DNA of 64,000 nt, taken from NCBI GenBank assembly GCA_903936775.1, contig CAIZWU010000273.1, positions 18,030 to 82,029 on the forward strand. Direction: 5' to 3'. The notes below the pieces were generated by a model that saw only the letters and a program-made list of their open reading frames with translations, did no database searches and was not told the origin of the DNA. This DNA is from an uncultured bacterium. GTDB taxonomy: Bacteria > Verrucomicrobiota > Verrucomicrobiia > Verrucomicrobiales > V1-33. This document shows positions 26,274 to 35,109 of this stretch, one piece after another; within the stretch, counting starts at the first letter, position 1, and every line of letters starts with the position of its first letter. The position numbers and the translations under genes were made by a program.

Positions 26274-27112
26274 AAGTCGAAAACCGGTCCAGTAGGGCGC
26301 TGATAAGTCCCGACCACTTTGGGGCGGGAGGCCTTGGATTTGATGAGTGCGGGATCGGGGATGAGGTAGTGAGCCATATCCTCGCATCCGGTCAGGGCAT
26401 GATTCCGCCACAACTCCAGCTCGTGTCTCGGGACAATACTGACTTTTCCAATCGCCTCGGAGAGTGGCATCCAACGGTTTTCCGCCTTCACGGCTTTTTG
26501 GATTTCCTCAAAGGTGAGCCTGGTGAGTTGAGGCAACTTAAGCTGACCAGCATTAAGCAAGGCCAGTCTGGCCCCTAATTTCGAGTTGGCCCAGTCTGTT
26601 GGATCAACCAACTGTTTCGGGCCGGGCTGCCAGACGACGATCCAGTCGACACGGTCCCCCAACATCCTGACGCACTCAATGGCGGACTGCCTCGCGGCTG
26701 CATCATCCACGGGAAAAAGCAGCACGGTCAGACGGATCGCGGAAGCCTCCAGCAGGTCCAGCCCATTGCGCTCCGTGAGCTGACGCAGAACAAAATCCGT
26801 GCTCTGTGCTGGAAGGTCGCAAATCACCGTGGGCACTTCCACTGACGTCACCCCCGACAGAAAACGTGCCCATCCATCATCGCTTTTGATGGCTTCAGGG
26901 AACGTCGTGGTGATGTCTGGATAGCGGTTCGTGATCGTCAAATGTTCCGCGTCCAAGTCGAATAAAACGTTATCGATTCCAGCAAACTGCATCCAAGTGA
27001 CGATTGCTTCCGCAGCCGTCGATTTACCGATTCTACCCGCGCTTTGGGGCGCAAGGATTACCCTTTTCCGGCAATTTGTGGCGTTACTTTCTGGACTTGG
27101 TTTTTTGCTCAT
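26270..27112 (-). CDS. ParA/MinD-superfamily P-loop protein (VirC1/TraL-like relaxosome accessory candidate)
   Basis: Deviant Walker-A-like VILAPQSAGRIGKSTAAEAIV followed by LFDLDAEH. Located in the transfer operon next to the oriT gap. Confidence 0.65.
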   Translation of the reverse strand: MSKKPSPESNATNCRKRVILAPQSAGRIGKSTAAEAIVTWMQFAGIDNVLFDLDAEHLTITNRYPDITTTFPEAIKSDDGWARFLSGVTSVEVPTVICDLPAQSTDFVLRQLTERNGLDLLEASAIRLTVLLFPVDDAAARQSAIECVRMLGDRVDWIVVWQPGPKQLVDPTDWANSKLGARLALLNAGQLKLPQLTRLTFEEIQKAVKAENRWMPLSEAIGKVSIVPRHELELWRNHALTGCEDMAHYLIPDPALIKSKASRPKVVGTYQRPTGPVFDL

Positions 27113-27492
27113 CTTGGTTGGTCTGGTCGAATCGAATTCCGATTAATTTTTATGGCGGGGCCTTTCGGCTCCTCGTCGAAGTCTTCCCACGTTGGGGAGT
27201 CAATTTTGCCCGTTGGCTTTGGGGCCGCTGCAAACGTGACTGGATCCGCTTGGCTTGATGCTGGAATCGGGGGTGTCGGGTCCGGCAGCGCGTCCAGTTG
27301 AGCTCGCCTCCTGATCCACTTTGTCGCGGCCTCATACAAAGTCGTGAGAGGGATCTCCATCCCGGCGCTTTCGCTCAAGTCCGCAGCGATTTGCGCCCAG
27401 CTTGCACCAGTCTTTCTCAGTGCTACCGCTTCCGGCAGGAGGGTGCGCAACCGTGACTGGTAGGGCCTGCCTCTGGTTAAATTTGGGATCAC
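27109..27492 (-). CDS. Small HTH-like protein (relaxosome accessory or regulator candidate)
   Basis: LRKTGASWAQIAADLSESAGMEIPLTTLYEA resembles a resolvase/terminase-type HTH. The tail is Pro-rich. It is the first gene of the minus-strand transfer operon, facing the relaxase gene. Confidence 0.45.
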   Translation of the reverse strand: MIPNLTRGRPYQSRLRTLLPEAVALRKTGASWAQIAADLSESAGMEIPLTTLYEAATKWIRRRAQLDALPDPTPPIPASSQADPVTFAAAPKPTGKIDSPTWEDFDEEPKGPAIKINRNSIRPDQPR

Positions 27493-27782
27493 ACCAAGCC
27501 TTTACCAAGGTGTTGGATTTTTACAACTCTTTATCTCGCGACGCTTTTTCGGTCTTTCTTCCATGTCTCTTCGGACCTTTCCCATCCAAATCGGCGCAAA
27601 TTGAGTCCACCGCCAAGGTGACCGAAAAAACACCGAATGCCGAGGTGCGCTGCGGCTGATAAAGCCTGGCTTGGGAGGATAATCAACCCAATAGGTTCAC
27701 CTATTAGGGACATGTGTGATAATAATTAATACTCAGAACACCCTTGCTATCGGGACCTTGCCTGTCAGGCTGGAAAAGTCCG
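27493..27782. promoter_or_regulatory. Divergent intergenic region; candidate oriT and promoters
   Basis: 290-bp gap between the divergently transcribed accessory genes and the relaxase. It contains an imperfect hairpin, CCCAATAGG-TTCA-CCTATTaGGG, at 27687-27709, and an AT-rich stretch at 27711-27740. The nic site was not identified. Confidence 0.35.
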
Positions 27783-30700
27783 ATGGTTTCAAAAATAACA
27801 TGCACCAACAAAGCAGGCGCTTTGGCCTATTTCAAAAACCATCTTGCCACGGCGGATTACTTCATCGCGAAGGACGATCCTATGCAGGGGATTTGGATCG
27901 GACAACTCGCGGCGATGGTAGGGTTGGACGGGGCCGCCATTTCGCACGCCGACTTTGGGCAGTGGCTGGACGGGGATCTACGCGAGGTGGGAACCGCGCC
28001 CGATCTGGAGACTGATAAGTCCCGAATGAAACGGGCGCGGTCCAGTGAGCTGCTTTACACGGAATTCACCTACACGGCTCCGAAGTCGGTATCGATAGCG
28101 GCGGCAGTGGATGGGCGGCTGAAGGATCACATCTTGGAGGCGGTGACGGATGAGTTGCGGTGGTTCGAGTCCGCAGCGGCGGTGCGGGACCGGCGGGGGG
28201 ATTTGGCCAATGCGGAACAAACCAAGGCGACGGGAAATTTCATGGCAGGCCTGTTCCAACATGAAACGAGCCGGACGAATGATCCGAATTTCCACGTCCA
28301 TGGCCTGATCGGAAACATGAGTTGGGATGCGGAGAGGAGGGAACTGCTGGCACTGCATTTCGGCGATATGTTGGAGCTGCGGAAGACGCTTGATGCCCGG
28401 ATCCACAATAACCTCGCGACCCGAGCGGCATCGCTGGGCTATACGGTGGAGGTGGCGAAGAATGGGTTCGGGTTGCAGGAGGTGCCGACGGAAGCGGTGG
28501 AACTTTTCAGCATCCGGCATCGGCAGGTGGCGGTTGCCCGGCAACTGCTCCAGGAAGGCTACAAGGCAAGGACGCTGGGCGATGTGATAGAGAACCTGCG
28601 GTCGCGGGGCGTTCCGCAGCATCTGGAAAGCTATGCGGAGATGAAAAAGCTGCTGGGGCCGGCGGACGGGAAACCGATGGCGGATCTGCCTGCGGAGGAG
28701 ACGGCGGTGCTGCTGACACGACCGCCGAAGACGGAAATCTCGGCTGAAACCCTCACGGCCAACACCAAAGCCCGCTTAGAGCAAGCCGGGCTGACGATTG
28801 AGGTTCCTCCTGCGAACGCCATTCCCAAAAAGCCCTCCGTGGATCTGACTAGCGTGTTGAATCAAGCTCTGAAAGCTGCCTTCAATCATGAATCGGTCAT
28901 CCGACTTGATGAGCTGATCGGCAACGCGATGCGGCTGGCTCCGGGCGCGGTGACGAACCGCGAGTTTGCGGCGTTACTGCGTGAAGATCCCAGACTTGTG
29001 GTGGGTCGCATGGGAATCGCGGGCCGGGAAAGCGGTGTCGATTTGGTCACCACCCAAGCTTTGGTGAAACAGGAGGTCCGGCTGCTGGTTGATGTTCAAG
29101 CTGGATTCGGGGCACGCGTTGCCAGCGTTGCGGCGGAATCCTACTCTCCTCCTGTGGCTCTGACGGCGACCCCGGAGCGGGTTTCCGAAATCATCCGCGC
29201 GGCAGCTCAGCGCGGGGAGGTGCTCAGCGCCGACCAAGTGCAAACGTGGCTCCGGCAGTTCGAGGGGATTCATCGTTATGTTTCCACCTCGCGGGATCAA
29301 TTTCTGAACGTCCGCGGTGGTGCAGGCGTTGGGAAAACCTTCTGCATGGAAATGCTGGTGGGCGACTCCCTGGCCGCTGGTCGGCCCGTGGTGTTGGCGG
29401 CCCCCTACGGCGAACAATCCCGCGTGACGATGCGGGCGGAAGCACCGCGTCTCGCCGCCGATGGCAAGGCGGCCGTGGCGGAAGCATTCAGAAGCGCTAA
29501 CACGGTGGCGCATCTCCTTCAAAAGGCCCGGATGAACCCTGAGTTCAAAGCATCGATCTCGGGAGCGGACATTTTTGTCGATGAAGCCGGGTTGCTGGAC
29601 ACCCCATCGGCTTCGTCTCTAGTGCGTCTGGCCCGTGAAACCGGTGCCCGTCTCATTTTCCAAGGAGATACGGAACAGAAACTGGCGGTCGGACGTGGGT
29701 CTCCCCTCATTGCGCTCCAGGAGCGGCTGGGCCTCGGCATGTCGGTGGAACGCGCCGCCATCAGCCGCCGTCAACTCCGGTCAGAGGACAAGCAACTGGC
29801 CGCTGACCTGTCATCCGGGGACCGGGTGAAGTTTGAAGCGGCCTTGGAGCGATTCGAGGAGCGGGGCGACCTGCAACAGGTTGAACCCCAGGGAGCCATC
29901 GCCTTGGCAGCCAAAAGGGCCATCGAATCCCGCGCCAAGGGAGATGACCTGCTCCTTTTCTCTTCGGTTCATCGCCTCTGCGCCGGGATTTCCCAAGAAA
30001 TCCATCGGCAAAGAATGGAAGCCAACCCTGAACTGCGCACGGCCATTATCGACACGCTGAAGCCCCTCAGCCTCAGCGAACCGGAAATGCGCTCCACGCA
30101 ATCCTACTATGTCGGCCAGACCGTCGCCTACGAACATCAGGGCAGCACGCGCCTGTCGCGGGTAGTCTCCGTGGACAATGGAGTCGTGAAAATCGAAACC
30201 GGTAGGCTCACGTCCAAGCTCAATCTGGACCGGGTCACGGAGCTGTTTGAGAAGAAGTCCGTCGAGCGCTCCATCGGAGCCTTTATGGTGCTGACGGAGA
30301 AAATCAAAGTCGGCAGCAAAACCCACGAGCGAAATTCCCGGCACCGAATCAGCGGTATTGCCGGAAAAACGCTCACCTTCGATTCCGGCCTGCAGCTTGC
30401 CGCCAACGATGGACGGCTCACCCAGGGCGACGTGCTGACGGTGGACAAAGCTCAGGGAGCCAAAGGCCGCCACGTCATGTGGATCGAAGACAATCGTTCC
30501 CTAACTGCCATGGGAAACCGCCGGGATGTGCATGTCGGATTCACCCGCCATGTCGATAAACTCGAAGTGCTCGTCGAAAGCATTGAGCTTTTCCGCCAAA
30601 CCGCCGGCAATGAACGGGCGAAACTTTCCGCCTTGGAACTGGTGGAAAAAGCCCGCCCCACGATCTGGAAGCCGGTAGAGGAACGTGCGCAAAAGCGGCC

Positions 30701-30854
30701 TCCTCCCCTGCCCTCTCGATCCTCTTCCCCATCGCAAATTCAAACCAGTCCTGTCCGAGTTCCCAAAACGCGGCTTTCCGCTGCCCTCCGCTGGGCAGCT
30801 CAGACACTCAGGATCCGCTCAAAGACTCTTACCTCAAAAATCCTTCCTTCATGA
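27783..30854 (+). CDS. MOBF-family conjugative relaxase-helicase (TrwC/TraI-type)
   Basis: Starts at ATG 27783: MVSKITCTNKAGALAYFKNHLATADYF (A..YY...DYY-type motif I). Three-His motif HETSRTNDPNFHVHGLIGN. Downstream RecD-like helicase Walker A NVRGGAGVGKTFCM and DIFVDEAGLL (Walker B). Confidence 0.9.
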   Translation: MVSKITCTNKAGALAYFKNHLATADYFIAKDDPMQGIWIGQLAAMVGLDGAAISHADFGQWLDGDLREVGTAPDLETDKSRMKRARSSELLYTEFTYTAPKSVSIAAAVDGRLKDHILEAVTDELRWFESAAAVRDRRGDLANAEQTKATGNFMAGLFQHETSRTNDPNFHVHGLIGNMSWDAERRELLALHFGDMLELRKTLDARIHNNLATRAASLGYTVEVAKNGFGLQEVPTEAVELFSIRHRQVAVARQLLQEGYKARTLGDVIENLRSRGVPQHLESYAEMKKLLGPADGKPMADLPAEETAVLLTRPPKTEISAETLTANTKARLEQAGLTIEVPPANAIPKKPSVDLTSVLNQALKAAFNHESVIRLDELIGNAMRLAPGAVTNREFAALLREDPRLVVGRMGIAGRESGVDLVTTQALVKQEVRLLVDVQAGFGARVASVAAESYSPPVALTATPERVSEIIRAAAQRGEVLSADQVQTWLRQFEGIHRYVSTSRDQFLNVRGGAGVGKTFCMEMLVGDSLAAGRPVVLAAPYGEQSRVTMRAEAPRLAADGKAAVAEAFRSANTVAHLLQKARMNPEFKASISGADIFVDEAGLLDTPSASSLVRLARETGARLIFQGDTEQKLAVGRGSPLIALQERLGLGMSVERAAISRRQLRSEDKQLAADLSSGDRVKFEAALERFEERGDLQQVEPQGAIALAAKRAIESRAKGDDLLLFSSVHRLCAGISQEIHRQRMEANPELRTAIIDTLKPLSLSEPEMRSTQSYYVGQTVAYEHQGSTRLSRVVSVDNGVVKIETGRLTSKLNLDRVTELFEKKSVERSIGAFMVLTEKIKVGSKTHERNSRHRISGIAGKTLTFDSGLQLAANDGRLTQGDVLTVDKAQGAKGRHVMWIEDNRSLTAMGNRRDVHVGFTRHVDKLEVLVESIELFRQTAGNERAKLSALELVEKARPTIWKPVEERAQKRPPPLPSRSSSPSQIQTSPVRVPKTRLSAALRWAAQTLRIRSKTLTSKILPS

Positions 30855-31180
30855 AACCCGCCCAATCCGTCGTCTCCTTCACCAAAGGCATGGAAGCCCC
30901 GTGCGTCCGGTTCGCCATCACCGATGGCCCGCAATTGGTCCTGCCCTATATCCACGCCACTTCCTTCGAACTCAGCGCGGGAGAAAAACTGCTGGTTTGC
31001 CAATTCGGCGAAACCCAACTGCAACTTGAAGGAGAACGATTGCTCCCGCTACTCCTTGATCTGCAACGAAATCTGGTGGATTCCATCGAGGCTACAAAAA
31101 CCTCCGAAGGTGGCCTCCCTCACGTCTCAAGAATCGTGCGTATCGAATTGGGGGCAGAATTCGAGCCTGCTATCTCGTGA
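30851..31180 (+). CDS. Hypothetical protein coupled to the relaxase
   Basis: 109-aa ORF with an ATGA overlap on the relaxase stop. No motif recognised. Confidence 0.5.
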   Translation: MKPAQSVVSFTKGMEAPCVRFAITDGPQLVLPYIHATSFELSAGEKLLVCQFGETQLQLEGERLLPLLLDLQRNLVDSIEATKTSEGGLPHVSRIVRIELGAEFEPAIS

Positions 31181-31215
31181 TTCCCAGTGTGCTCGGGCAT
31201 TTAAGATCGGATGGT

Positions 31216-31234
31216 GAAAGGAACTTTTCCTTTC
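31216..31234 (+). terminator. Weak hairpin after the relaxase operon
   Basis: GAAAGGAA (31216-31223) pairs with TTCCTTTC (31227-31234). No convincing T-tract follows. Confidence 0.25.
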
Positions 31235-31427
31235 CTGATCGGGGAATTCATGTAATTTGAGGACAAGTTCTTCTCACGGTAGTCTTTCTCCGATGCTCAG
31301 TGCCTCCGGCATTTTCCAAAATTCCAGAGAAACAAATAACAGCCACCCTGTTTGTTGTATTTAGAATACAACTTTAATTTGTTTAGAACTCAACATCTCC
31401 TTAGTATTCAACGACTTAGAGACGGAC

Positions 31428-32215
31428 AGGTCACCTTCTATGGGGCGAAAAGTCACCTTTTGTGGGGATTTCAGGACTCAAAGGTCACCTTCGATGGGGG
31501 GAAGAGCCACCTTTTATGGGCAATCTGGAGCAAAAGTCACCTTTTATGGGGAAATGGTCAATTTGCACAATAGATTGATTGTAAAGGAGTTGCCAAATAT
31601 TTTAAAGATAGATGGCCCAAGGTCACCTTTTATGGGGAAGGTCCAACGGTGGTGGCCGAGAGCGAGCTGGACCACTCATTTCAGGCCAAAGGTCACCTTT
31701 TATGGGGGAAATCAGGCCGCAAGTCCCGTTCATGCATAGAGTGGGTGGCTTTCACAACGGATGAAAAGTCACCATCCATGGGGAAAAGGAGCTATATTCT
31801 GGCCTCAATCTGGGAAAAACCACCTTCCTCAACGGGGAAAAGTCACCTTTTATGGGGCGATGAAGGCTCGTTGGAAGCAACACCGTCAGGAATACGCCAA
31901 AGGTCACCTTTTATGGGGGAAAGGTGGGTGGATTTACCCGCAGTGTTGGGCACCTCGCATCCACTTTGGGTGAAAGGTCACCGTTTATGGGGAAAGCAGA
32001 GAACGCCCGGAGGTGGATTACGACCAACTTCCGGGCAAATCCGGACCAAAGGTCACCGTTTATGGGGAAAATCCTGCTCGTCCTTTCCTGTGCTTTAACC
32101 TAAGCATGGCCAAGGGAGTTAGGGGTCACCGTTTATGGGGAAATCCCCATCCAAAACCAGTTCATCGATAGAGTGGATTGGATCTTGCAGGATCGAAAGG
32201 TCACCATTTATGGGG
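31428..32215 (+). repeat. Iteron array (oriV): about 15 direct copies of AAAGGTCACC(T/G)TTTATGGGG
   Basis: Copies with the TCACC core at 31431, 31453, 31485, 31507 (degenerate), 31537, 31623, 31693, 31769 (degenerate), 31820 (degenerate), 31843, 31904, 31978, 32053, 32126 and 32201. All are in the same orientation and lie immediately upstream of the Rep gene. AT-rich stretches flank them at about 31340-31420 and 31555-31610. Confidence 0.85.
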
Positions 32216-32240
32216 AAAGTCTCAGATGATGGATCTCAGG

Positions 32241-32289
32241 AGTCACCGCGTAGAGTCACTTGAGGTTGGACTTGCAAAGGTGACTTTTA
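32241..32289 (+). promoter_or_regulatory. Partial and inverted iteron half-sites at the rep promoter (autoregulation candidate)
   Basis: AGTCACC at 32241 and AGTCACT at 32254 are direct half-sites. AAAGGTGACTTTT at 32277-32289 is the reverse complement of the iteron 5' half (AAAAGTCACCTTT), 17 nt upstream of the rep ATG. Confidence 0.4.
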
Positions 32290-32305
32290 GGAGCAAGATC
32301 GTGGA

Positions 32306-33667
32306 ATGTCTGACCAGGACAAGTTGCTCAAGAAACATGTCGGCACGGTTCACACCTATGCCCCATTGTCGCTTGTCCAAAGGAAAGCATTTTCCTCGTT
32401 GGTTTACAACGCTTATCCAAATCTTCTGAACCAGCGGACTCACGAAATTCCGGTCGATGTCCTCTGTGAATTGATGGGATTTGATTCAAAAAACACCGGG
32501 GCCTTGGAGAACTCTTTGGTGGAGCTCGCCAAAACAGTCATTAGTTGGGATGATGGCGAGGGCGCGGGACGAAAGTGGGCTGTGACCACCTTTTGCGCTT
32601 ACGCCGTCATCGAGAAAGGCGTATGTCGCTACGAGTTTTCCGAGTTCCTCGCCAAGCAGCTATACAATCCGGGGGTTTATGCGCGGATCAACATGAGCAG
32701 CCTGCGCGACTTTCAAACGCGCTACGGACTGGCCCTGTATGAGAATTGCGCCCGCTATCGTCCAAATGGAGATTTTGCCGGAGGCACTCCTGAATGGAGT
32801 CTGGAGCAGTTTCGGAGGCTCATGGGGATCACTGAAAAAGGGGTCACGCTTTACGACACCTTCAAACGGCTCAACGAGCGCATCATCAAACCGGCCGTTC
32901 ATGAGGTAAATACCTGCTCGGATATCCTGATCGAACCTAGCTTCGGTAAAATGGGGCGGTCCGTTTCATCCGTGAAATTCTCCGTCAGGATCAACCCGCA
33001 GCTCAATCTCAAACTCAGCGTCGAGACGAAAGACCAAGCTCAGCACCCCATGATTGTGGAGATGCATGACCGCTACCGCGTCCCCTATCTCAAGGGCCTG
33101 GAATGGCTGGAACGGTATGGAGAGGAGCGATTCAAGGAGGTCCTCCAGCTCATTAATGATCTGGTCGCCCAGGGTAAGGCCAAAAGTCCGGTCGGCTTCA
33201 TCCGCCGGGCCTTTGAAGAGAACTATGCCCCTGCCCTGAACTTGGCCGAAGAACGGAAAAAAGTCCGCACCAAGCAAGTGTTGGATGAAAAACGGAAACA
33301 GGATTCGGCCCGTTTCGAGGAATCCCGCCGCACCGTGGAAAATGAACTGCAAAGCCGTTACCGGGCGCACCTTTCGGAGTTGGTTTTCACGCGTTTCGGC
33401 AAGCTGCCGGCGGATAAGCAAAAAGCGCTGATCGACACGCTTTGCGCCACGGATTTGGTCTTTAAGGACCGGATCAAACGGAAGGGGTTAAGCGCCGCCT
33501 TGGAAGGCCCCATGTCGATCCTTTTCGGAGAGTTTCTGTGCGACCAGTGGAGCCAGTCCGATGCCCTGCCCTTCGAGCATTGGCACCGGGACTCGGGCTT
33601 GGTCGTTGAAACAACGGACGCAGGATATCGACTCTTGGAAGCGAACGCTAGTTCTCCCCCGGAATAA
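32306..33667 (+). CDS. Plasmid replication initiator (Rep_3/RepA-like winged-helix, iteron-binding)
   Basis: LSLVQRKAFSSLVYNAY..., RYGLALYENCARY (compare YS.RLYELL..Y), WSLEQFRRLMGI...YDTFKRLNERIIKPAVHEVNTCSDILIEPSFGKMGRSVSSVKFSVR (compare l.pAi.EIN..tdl.v....K.GRki..l.F.i). Directly preceded by iterons. Confidence 0.85.
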   Translation: MSDQDKLLKKHVGTVHTYAPLSLVQRKAFSSLVYNAYPNLLNQRTHEIPVDVLCELMGFDSKNTGALENSLVELAKTVISWDDGEGAGRKWAVTTFCAYAVIEKGVCRYEFSEFLAKQLYNPGVYARINMSSLRDFQTRYGLALYENCARYRPNGDFAGGTPEWSLEQFRRLMGITEKGVTLYDTFKRLNERIIKPAVHEVNTCSDILIEPSFGKMGRSVSSVKFSVRINPQLNLKLSVETKDQAQHPMIVEMHDRYRVPYLKGLEWLERYGEERFKEVLQLINDLVAQGKAKSPVGFIRRAFEENYAPALNLAEERKKVRTKQVLDEKRKQDSARFEESRRTVENELQSRYRAHLSELVFTRFGKLPADKQKALIDTLCATDLVFKDRIKRKGLSAALEGPMSILFGEFLCDQWSQSDALPFEHWHRDSGLVVETTDAGYRLLEANASSPPE

Positions 33668-33673
33668 GCCATC

Positions 33674-34497
33674 ATGGCAATTCAAAGAAATGGCGTATCG
33701 CTAAAATGGCGCAATGGTTTTCTGATTCGATCCGCTCCTCGCGTTTTCTTGCCGCCTTTCTGGGAAGCCAAAGTCCGCTGCGTTTGTCGCTTGGTGGGAA
33801 ATTTGATTTCCGTAGGGGAGCAATGAAGTTTCCGCAAAGTGAAGGGAGTGACCCTATTCATGTAGAATAGCGAAATGGCATAACGCCATTTCGAAGAAAT
33901 GTCGAAAAGGATGAATTCGCGTTTCCTGTGAAACGCGAACTTAGCATCAAGCTGAATTGGTGATTCGCTAAAGTGGCTTTGGAATGGATTTGAAGAATAG
34001 CGAAAAGTTGAATTCTTGAAGTGGCGAAACGCCATTTCAAAGGAATGGCGATAAGTGTGATTTAGCGATTCGTGGGAAACGCCAAAAAAGCTTTAAGTTG
34101 GAATGGTGAAAAGGGTGATTCAATAAAATGGCAAACCATTGAAACAATGGTTCGCCATTAAGGCGAAAAGAGTATAGCGCCAAATCATTGAAGTGCTAAA
34201 ATGGCAAACTGGCGTAATGGCGAATAGTGATGATGGTGAGATGGCGAAAAGCATGATGCGCTATTTCAAAGCATCGTTGATAAGGCGAATCGCCAATAAG
34301 ATGGAAAGGGTTAAGTGCTAAAGCGGCGAATCAACTTAATGGCAAATCAGTGAAATAGTGTTTCATTTGAGGTGCCATTATGGCGAAATGGCGATTCGCC
34401 ATAATGTGGGATTGACATTACGTCACGCTTAAGTAAATCTGGAGATCGAAAGGGCTGAGGACGGAGCCATTCGAGTGATTTGCCATTATGGCGATTC
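33674..34497. repeat. Dense array of ATGGCGAA / TTCGCCAT motifs in both orientations (centromere-like parS/parC candidate)
   Basis: At least 12 exact ATGGCG/CGCCAT hexamers, plus many variants (ATGGCA, TGGCGA, GCTAAA(A/G)(T/C)GGC). Several form palindromes: CGAAATGGC-ataac-GCCATTTCG (~33871-33893), TGGCGaaaCGCCA (~34022-34034), GGCGAaTCGCC (~34284-34294), and TTATGGCGAA-atggcga-TTCGCCATAA (~34378-34404). The array lies between the rep stop and the parA start. Confidence 0.6.
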
Positions 34498-34524
34498 ACC
34501 CTTTTCAATACTTTAGCTAATTAA

Positions 34525-35073
34525 ATGAAATTGCTGTTTCTTCAGGGAAAAGGTGGGGTGGGCAAGAGCACGCTCGCGTTTTTATTCGCCCTCACGCTCC
34601 AAAAAGCGGGGCGGGTGGTCGGTATTCGGGATCTTGACCCCCAGAAGAGCTTAACCGCTTGGCTGACAGATACCGAGGGCTTCGAACTCCAGGAGGACGG
34701 GGAAATCATCATTATCGACAGTCCGCCCCGGATCGATGATCCCTTGGTGCTGGCCGCCATCTGCGAAGCGGATCGAATTTTAATCCCCACGACACCCAGT
34801 CCTGCGGAGCTGGCGACCCTCAGGCACTCCGCCGGGGTCGTAGCGTCCAATCTGAAAGCCGGGGCTAAAGCTTGGGTTGTCTTCAATCGGGTCAAAAAAT
34901 CGACCACTTACGGCAAAAACTTGGAATCTCTTGCCGCCAGCTTGCCGCTCCCGGCTGCTAAAAATTCGATCAGCGACCGGGAAGTTTACAAGCATGTGCT
35001 CTTGGACGGCTGGATAGCCTTGGATGGGGCGGCCAAAGAGGAGATCATGAACCTTGCGCTGGAGATACAATAG
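34525..35073 (+). CDS. parA: ParA partition ATPase (small, type Ib-like)
   Basis: MKLLFLQGKGGVGKSTLAFLFAL (deviant Walker A KGGVGKS), IIIDSPP (Walker A'/B region), ADRILIPTTPSPAELATL. 182 aa. Confidence 0.85.
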   Translation: MKLLFLQGKGGVGKSTLAFLFALTLQKAGRVVGIRDLDPQKSLTAWLTDTEGFELQEDGEIIIIDSPPRIDDPLVLAAICEADRILIPTTPSPAELATLRHSAGVVASNLKAGAKAWVVFNRVKKSTTYGKNLESLAASLPLPAAKNSISDREVYKHVLLDGWIALDGAAKEEIMNLALEIQ

Positions 35074-35109
35074 CGTTTCGCTAAATTAGCATTTCACCAT
35101 TTAAATCCG

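Noticed and set aside
31352-32098. Three overlapping plus-strand ORFs (73, 99 and 149 aa) with recurring KVTFYG / SHLLWG / GHRLWG peptides.
   Set aside because: The peptide repeats are just the 20-bp iteron read in different frames. There is no start context or codon bias, and the region is the origin. They are not coding.
31619-32215. The evenly spaced 20-bp repeats with unique ~54-bp spacers superficially resemble a CRISPR array.
   Set aside because: The repeat is too short and the spacers too long for known CRISPR types. The copies are degenerate and no cas genes or leader are present. The array abuts a Rep_3-type initiator with an inverted half-site at its promoter. Iterons explain it fully.
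33682-34040. Minus-strand ORFs of 117 and 60 aa in the ATGGCGAA array.
   Set aside because: They are repetitive (FRHF/AISLF-type) translations of the DNA repeat. They overlap each other in an AT-rich non-coding array and are treated as artefacts.
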